DNA of 62,908 nucleotides, filler included, from Choristocarpus tenellus KU-1152 (taxonomy: Eukaryota; Protista; Phaeophyceae), in the NCBI GenBank assembly GCA_964200185.2. It is 6 parts of 6 records of this genome, joined end to end, with 100 filler letters (N's around TTAATTAATTAA, not from the genome) between each part and the next. Parts side by side here need not be neighbours in the genome. Positions count along the whole stretch, not along the records: positions 58,725 to 62,908 come from CAXNAD020015799.1; 5 more parts are not named here. The stretch is one strand, 5' to 3'. The stretch's first letter is position 1; every line of letters starts with the position of its first letter. The notes under the pieces were generated by a model. It saw nothing but the letters and a program-made list of their open reading frames with translations. It made no database searches and was not told where the DNA came from. The translations under genes and the position numbers were made by a program. Positions 58,625 through 62,908 of the stretch are shown one piece after another.

Positions 58625-58724
58625 NNNNNNNNNNNNNNNNNNNNNNNNNNNNNNNNNNNNNNNNNNNNTTAATTAATTAANNNNNNNNNNNNNNNNNNNN
58701 NNNNNNNNNNNNNNNNNNNNNNNN
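58625..58724. other. Artificial contig spacer
   Basis: N-run with TTAATTAATTAA. Confidence 0.98.
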
Positions 58725-59931
58725 AGAAGGGGGAACTCACATTTTCTCCCTCCTCTGCTAGCCCATGTTCTACCCCCACCTCCACCACTACAAATCTTCG
58801 TTACACTCTATTCCTATCCTAATCCCCCATCTCCTTCTCTTGGGCCTTCTCCTTGTACACCCTGCCTCTGCTATCCTTCTCCACCAACCCCCATTTCTGG
58901 TGCAACCCCAAACGTTGTACCAGCCGCCAAAGGATAGCTTTCCCTGCCCCCCCCCACTACCTTACCTCTGTACCTTCTTGATCTTCACCTACCTTGCCAG
59001 GCTATTAGAGGTCATCTCCCTCTAGCTTGCTCGGAGGTTGCCTTGGTCTCCCCTCCTCGTCCAGTAACCCTGGTTCTCAGACTTATTTTTACTAACTGAA
59101 TTATGTTCCTAATCTCTTCCTACCACTCTTTTCCGTTAACATTCCTCTCTAACTACTCCTTCTTTTTCATTCCACTGCCTTCCATTGTTCTGTGCCCCCA
59201 GCAAACCAGCCGCCCAAAAACTCCGATTACTTCATAAACTATCACTTCAGTGTTTTTAACTGTGCCGACGGAACTAGAACGTTCTGGTTCGAAAGTGTTG
59301 ACGGTAAACGTATGTAACAGTGGATCGAAATAATGTCGGATGGATATGTCAATATGAGTAGTCATACATATATATTATGTAGCATAGCCACAAGCTGGGA
59401 GAGGACGTGGATTATTTCATCGAGGATGCATTTTTCCCAAAATGGTGCTCGGAAAGTGCGGATATGTTTTTTTTGAAAATATTGCAGCACTTTTTAAGGG
59501 CCCTAACTAGAATGGGAGTCCATGCCGAAGGTGATTGTGTTAATAGAGGAATATCGAACAGCATCCAATATCCCAATACCACCAAAATGGATGTTGAGGT
59601 ATGTTTGAGAAATGCCATCGTGGTTCTTCATCTCTTCTTTATTTAGTCTTCAGAATAATCCTCACCTATTAAGAGACGAAGTTTGGATTCTTGTCGTCAC
59701 ACTCCAATAAAATTAGGAATTCAATTAGTAGGTATATCTTCTGGGAGTCCTCACGCCAATATCGATAACTTAGAACTAAGGTATATCTTCTCCCCATTTC
59801 GGGGCCAAGACGATTCCTTCACAAACTTCAGGACAAGGTTTTTCGTCAATCACCTTCCAGATTCTCACTTGACACACCTCAGTACCTCTTCTACACACTC
59901 CACCCATTCAATTCCTCATTCTCTTGAGGCA

Positions 59932-62633
59932 ATGAAGTTTGTCACGATTGGCATTGTCCTTGGCTGTTTATATATAGTTTCGGGTGACGAGGTGCCAGAT
60001 ATTTTGGAAAGGCACAATGAGAAAAGGTGATTCGTTTGCGAAGCAACGTCACATGGTACAGCATTTTAGCGTTTTGTTTATAATGCGTGAGTATTACGCT
60101 CTAAACTTTTTACATAGTAGGCACAATCCCTACATTATTTCAGGAAACTTTCCGTCATTCAGCCTTCGATCAACTATCTTGTACAGGTGCCTACATGAAG
60201 CCGATGATCTTACTCACAACTCCGATCTGGTTACTGGGTCTCAGTTATGTTCTCTTTCACTCGGTTAAGGAGAAATTATCAATTTAATGCTCTTAATCCA
60301 AATAGTTGAATTCATGCACTAAACCTCGCTTTGTACATGCCCGCTTGAGTCGGACCTCTTTTTGAAGTTCCCAATTGTCCACCACCTCGATCGTAATTCT
60401 ACTTCTGATATTATTTTTGCATGTGCAACAGATATGGGCTACTCATCTCGCAACAACAAACAGCTGTTCAGGTTTAGTACACGATACCAGCGGTTTTGGA
60501 GAAAATATTCACGCTTGTGGCACTTCCAATCCAGATAGTGCTATTCCTTGTGCTACAGCCTCAGCCGCTGTTGACAGCTGGTACAGCGAGATACAATTCT
60601 ATAACCAGGGTGATGGATTCTCAAGTGCCACTGGACACTTTACCGAGGTAAGTAGGTATGTGTTTGTGTTTCAAAGATAAAAAATAATCACAGCTGTCAA
60701 GTAAGGACGCAGCTGGCGCATCCTGACCGCCAGATACACCTATCTTCCTTCGAATTGCCGCTTCTGAAATTTTAGGTTCAGTAAAACTTGATTTGCACTG
60801 AATTTTATTCTGTCACACCCTTCAATATTCGTGTAGGTGGTTTGGAAAGCAACCACGAGTCTTGGATGTGCAAGATCTGATTACTGCACGGGAACAGGGG
60901 ATCTTGCTGGACTCAGCTGGATGTTTGTGGTTTGTCACTATAATCCACCTGGCAACTCTGTGGGTTTCAATAAACAAGTTCTTGCCACTCCACTAGCCAC
61001 TTGTAATGGTGGAGGATCTGGTGATCCTCACATGTCCGGGTTGAAAGGACAGAGGTTTGACTTCTCTGGAGTGAGCAACTCGTGGTATGCACTGCTCCAT
61101 GACAAAAAGGTTAGCCTCAACATGCGTGTTACGGCTCCGGTTCCTGGCCTCGATCTCATCACATACATAACGGGGATCGGTATGGTCCTCACTGGTTATG
61201 ATGGTGAAAATCACACTGTGGTCATTACCGTTGAGCGTCCAGAGGACCTTCAACCGGAGTGTCCGAAGGACCAGGTTCCATGCATTGCAGACGGTGCTCT
61301 ATCTGTGATCGTTGATGGTGACAAGGCTGGACTAGGGAAGGTGCGTTTCTTAACTTCTGTCTTCCTGGGATTTGTACTTGTGTTTAAGGTGTAGGCTTCA
61401 ACTTCTTTCAACATACTTCCAATAGTTGTGTTCATTCATGACCAATGAATCAAAGTGTAGTGGAAGAAGTATTGAAAGGCGGTACATGAGGCCGTATTTG
61501 ATTTATTGAGTTGGTTATAAAGCGAATTTACAAAGTATCCAAAGGTAGTTGTGCACATTCCTCTTGCTTTGATGTCCCATCATGAAATTTTGTATGCTCT
61601 CATGAACATATCATAATGAGTTCCATCGTTGCTATATTTGTTGTGCTACCACACTATAGGTAACTCTTGGTGGTGGCGTTAGCGTCACTGCTGTCAACCT
61701 TCCTGGAGAGTGCAGGCCTTTTGGGTTTGAACAGTACTGGCTAGAGAAAACGAAGCTCTCTGAAAACATTGATGTGGATCAATCCCGACGCCTTTTCTCT
61801 GACGTGCCAGTGGAGGATTGGATTCTGAACGAAACCAAACAAACAAACCCTGTTGAATGCGAGGAATACGTTCTCAAAGCAGCAGCAGATGGCACCCTAT
61901 TTGACTTGCAATCTGAGCACACCTCATTCCAGATAACATCACCTGAGTTGTCCCTACGTATCAATCATGGAAAGATCCACCAAGTGGCAATGCGTGACCC
62001 AACTGACAAGTTCGACCTTCCTGATCACATAGCTTATTAGATGAACATCATTATTGAGGAGATCAATCTGGATGAGGATCCTCAGGTATGTACTCTGGGG
62101 AACAGAAAAAATGATTGGTTTAGTATAGAAGCGTTTCTTATAATGTTAGACTCGAATAGCAAATATATGTATTGTAGAGATGAGTTGAAATCGATTTGAT
62201 TCTCATTTCTCGAACAATTCAGTATCAATGTTAGATAATACATTCATCAATTTTGCAATGTGATCATGGCAATGTACCTCTTGATTACTAGACTTTAAAG
62301 TCTCGAAATAGGCAGTGTAGAGATCAGATGATAGGGGGAGTATATTTTACGTTCAAACAAGTACTTTCACTTTAAACATTTTTTTAATAATAATACAGAG
62401 ATACGTTTGTTGCGTATGAGTCACATTGTAAGTATGAATTCCATGTTACAAGAGGTGATGTGGTGCTTTATTGCAAATGTTGAACTGTGCAGGGTATTTT
62501 GGGTGAAACTGTTCATCCAACTGTGAACGAGATGGGAGAGTTTATCATGACAGGACCTGGCGCTATTCATGGAGAGGAAGAAGACTATGTAGTGACAGAC
62601 CCTCTTGCATTGGACTTCATTCTCCACATGTGA
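59932..62633 (+). pseudogene. Secreted CAP/SCP/PR-1 domain protein fused to a GDPH (VWD/root-cap-like) domain; probably inactivated
   Basis: Exons 59932-60026, 60187-60244, 60432-60647, 60837-61340, 61660-62085, 62493-62633. Signal peptide MKFVTIGIVLGCLYIVSG; CAP motifs HNEKR, GENI, AVDSWYSE, GHFTEVVWKATTSLGCA, VVCHYNPPGN; then GDPHMSGLKGQRFDFSG. Lesions: intron 2 donor reads TTATGT and there is an in-frame TAG at 62038-62040. Confidence 0.85.
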
Positions 62634-62908
62634 ATAATATCATCGCCAGCAATTGCTTGGTTTTCCTACCTACATTATGTGCAAGGAGTGAATCAAGTAG
62701 TGAAGAGTTGAGCTTGTATTGACTCGAGTGAGAACTGATATGTTGCATGTCTTTCATTTTTTTGCAGTTCTCAAGTTTGAAAATTTCAGTCCAAAGGTAG
62801 TTGCTTTCCTGCTGGGTTTTTATTCAGTGTCGATGTTTTCCAGGTGTTGTTAAAGTATGCCCAAAATCATCAAAGAGGATAAAGGTGATAAACCCGGCGA
62901 GATTGCTT

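Noticed and set aside
5593-58724. Five identical N-flanked TTAATTAATTAA palindromes
   Set aside because: Artificial six-frame-stop spacers joining contigs; gene neighbourhoods across them carry no biological meaning.

Overview
Eukaryotic nuclear DNA, most likely from a brown alga (Phaeophyceae) judging by the 18S/5.8S signatures and the repeat and gene families. It is not one locus: six contigs are joined by artificial 100-nt N/TTAATTAATTAA/N spacers. Contents: (1) a decayed rDNA copy (18S 3' part-ITS1-5.8S-ITS2) with a MITE in the 18S and a chromodomain Gypsy remnant cutting ITS2; (2) a nested TE cluster (RTE and RLE-type LINEs, Copia, Gypsy, two solo LTRs with 4-bp TSDs, a Tc1/IS630-like transposase remnant); (3) at least 12 copies of three related MITE families sharing a G(A/G)NYCAAAGTA(TC) terminal motif with 3- or 4-bp TSDs; (4) intron-rich genes: ferlin-like C2/TM protein, ankyrin-repeat protein, cyanobacterial-type MPBQ/MSBQ methyltransferase 3' exons, a DEG7/Nma111 fragment, and a CAP/PR-1 + GDPH-domain fusion with inactivating lesions; (5) an intronless 1133-codon ORF that matches FAAP100 of the Fanconi anaemia core complex block by block. 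The most interesting signals are the FAAP100-like gene, the hard-to-classify MITE group, and pervasive CpG-to-TpG/CpA decay implying cytosine methylation in a lineage whose model species largely lacks it. All homology calls are from recalled motifs, not database searches.
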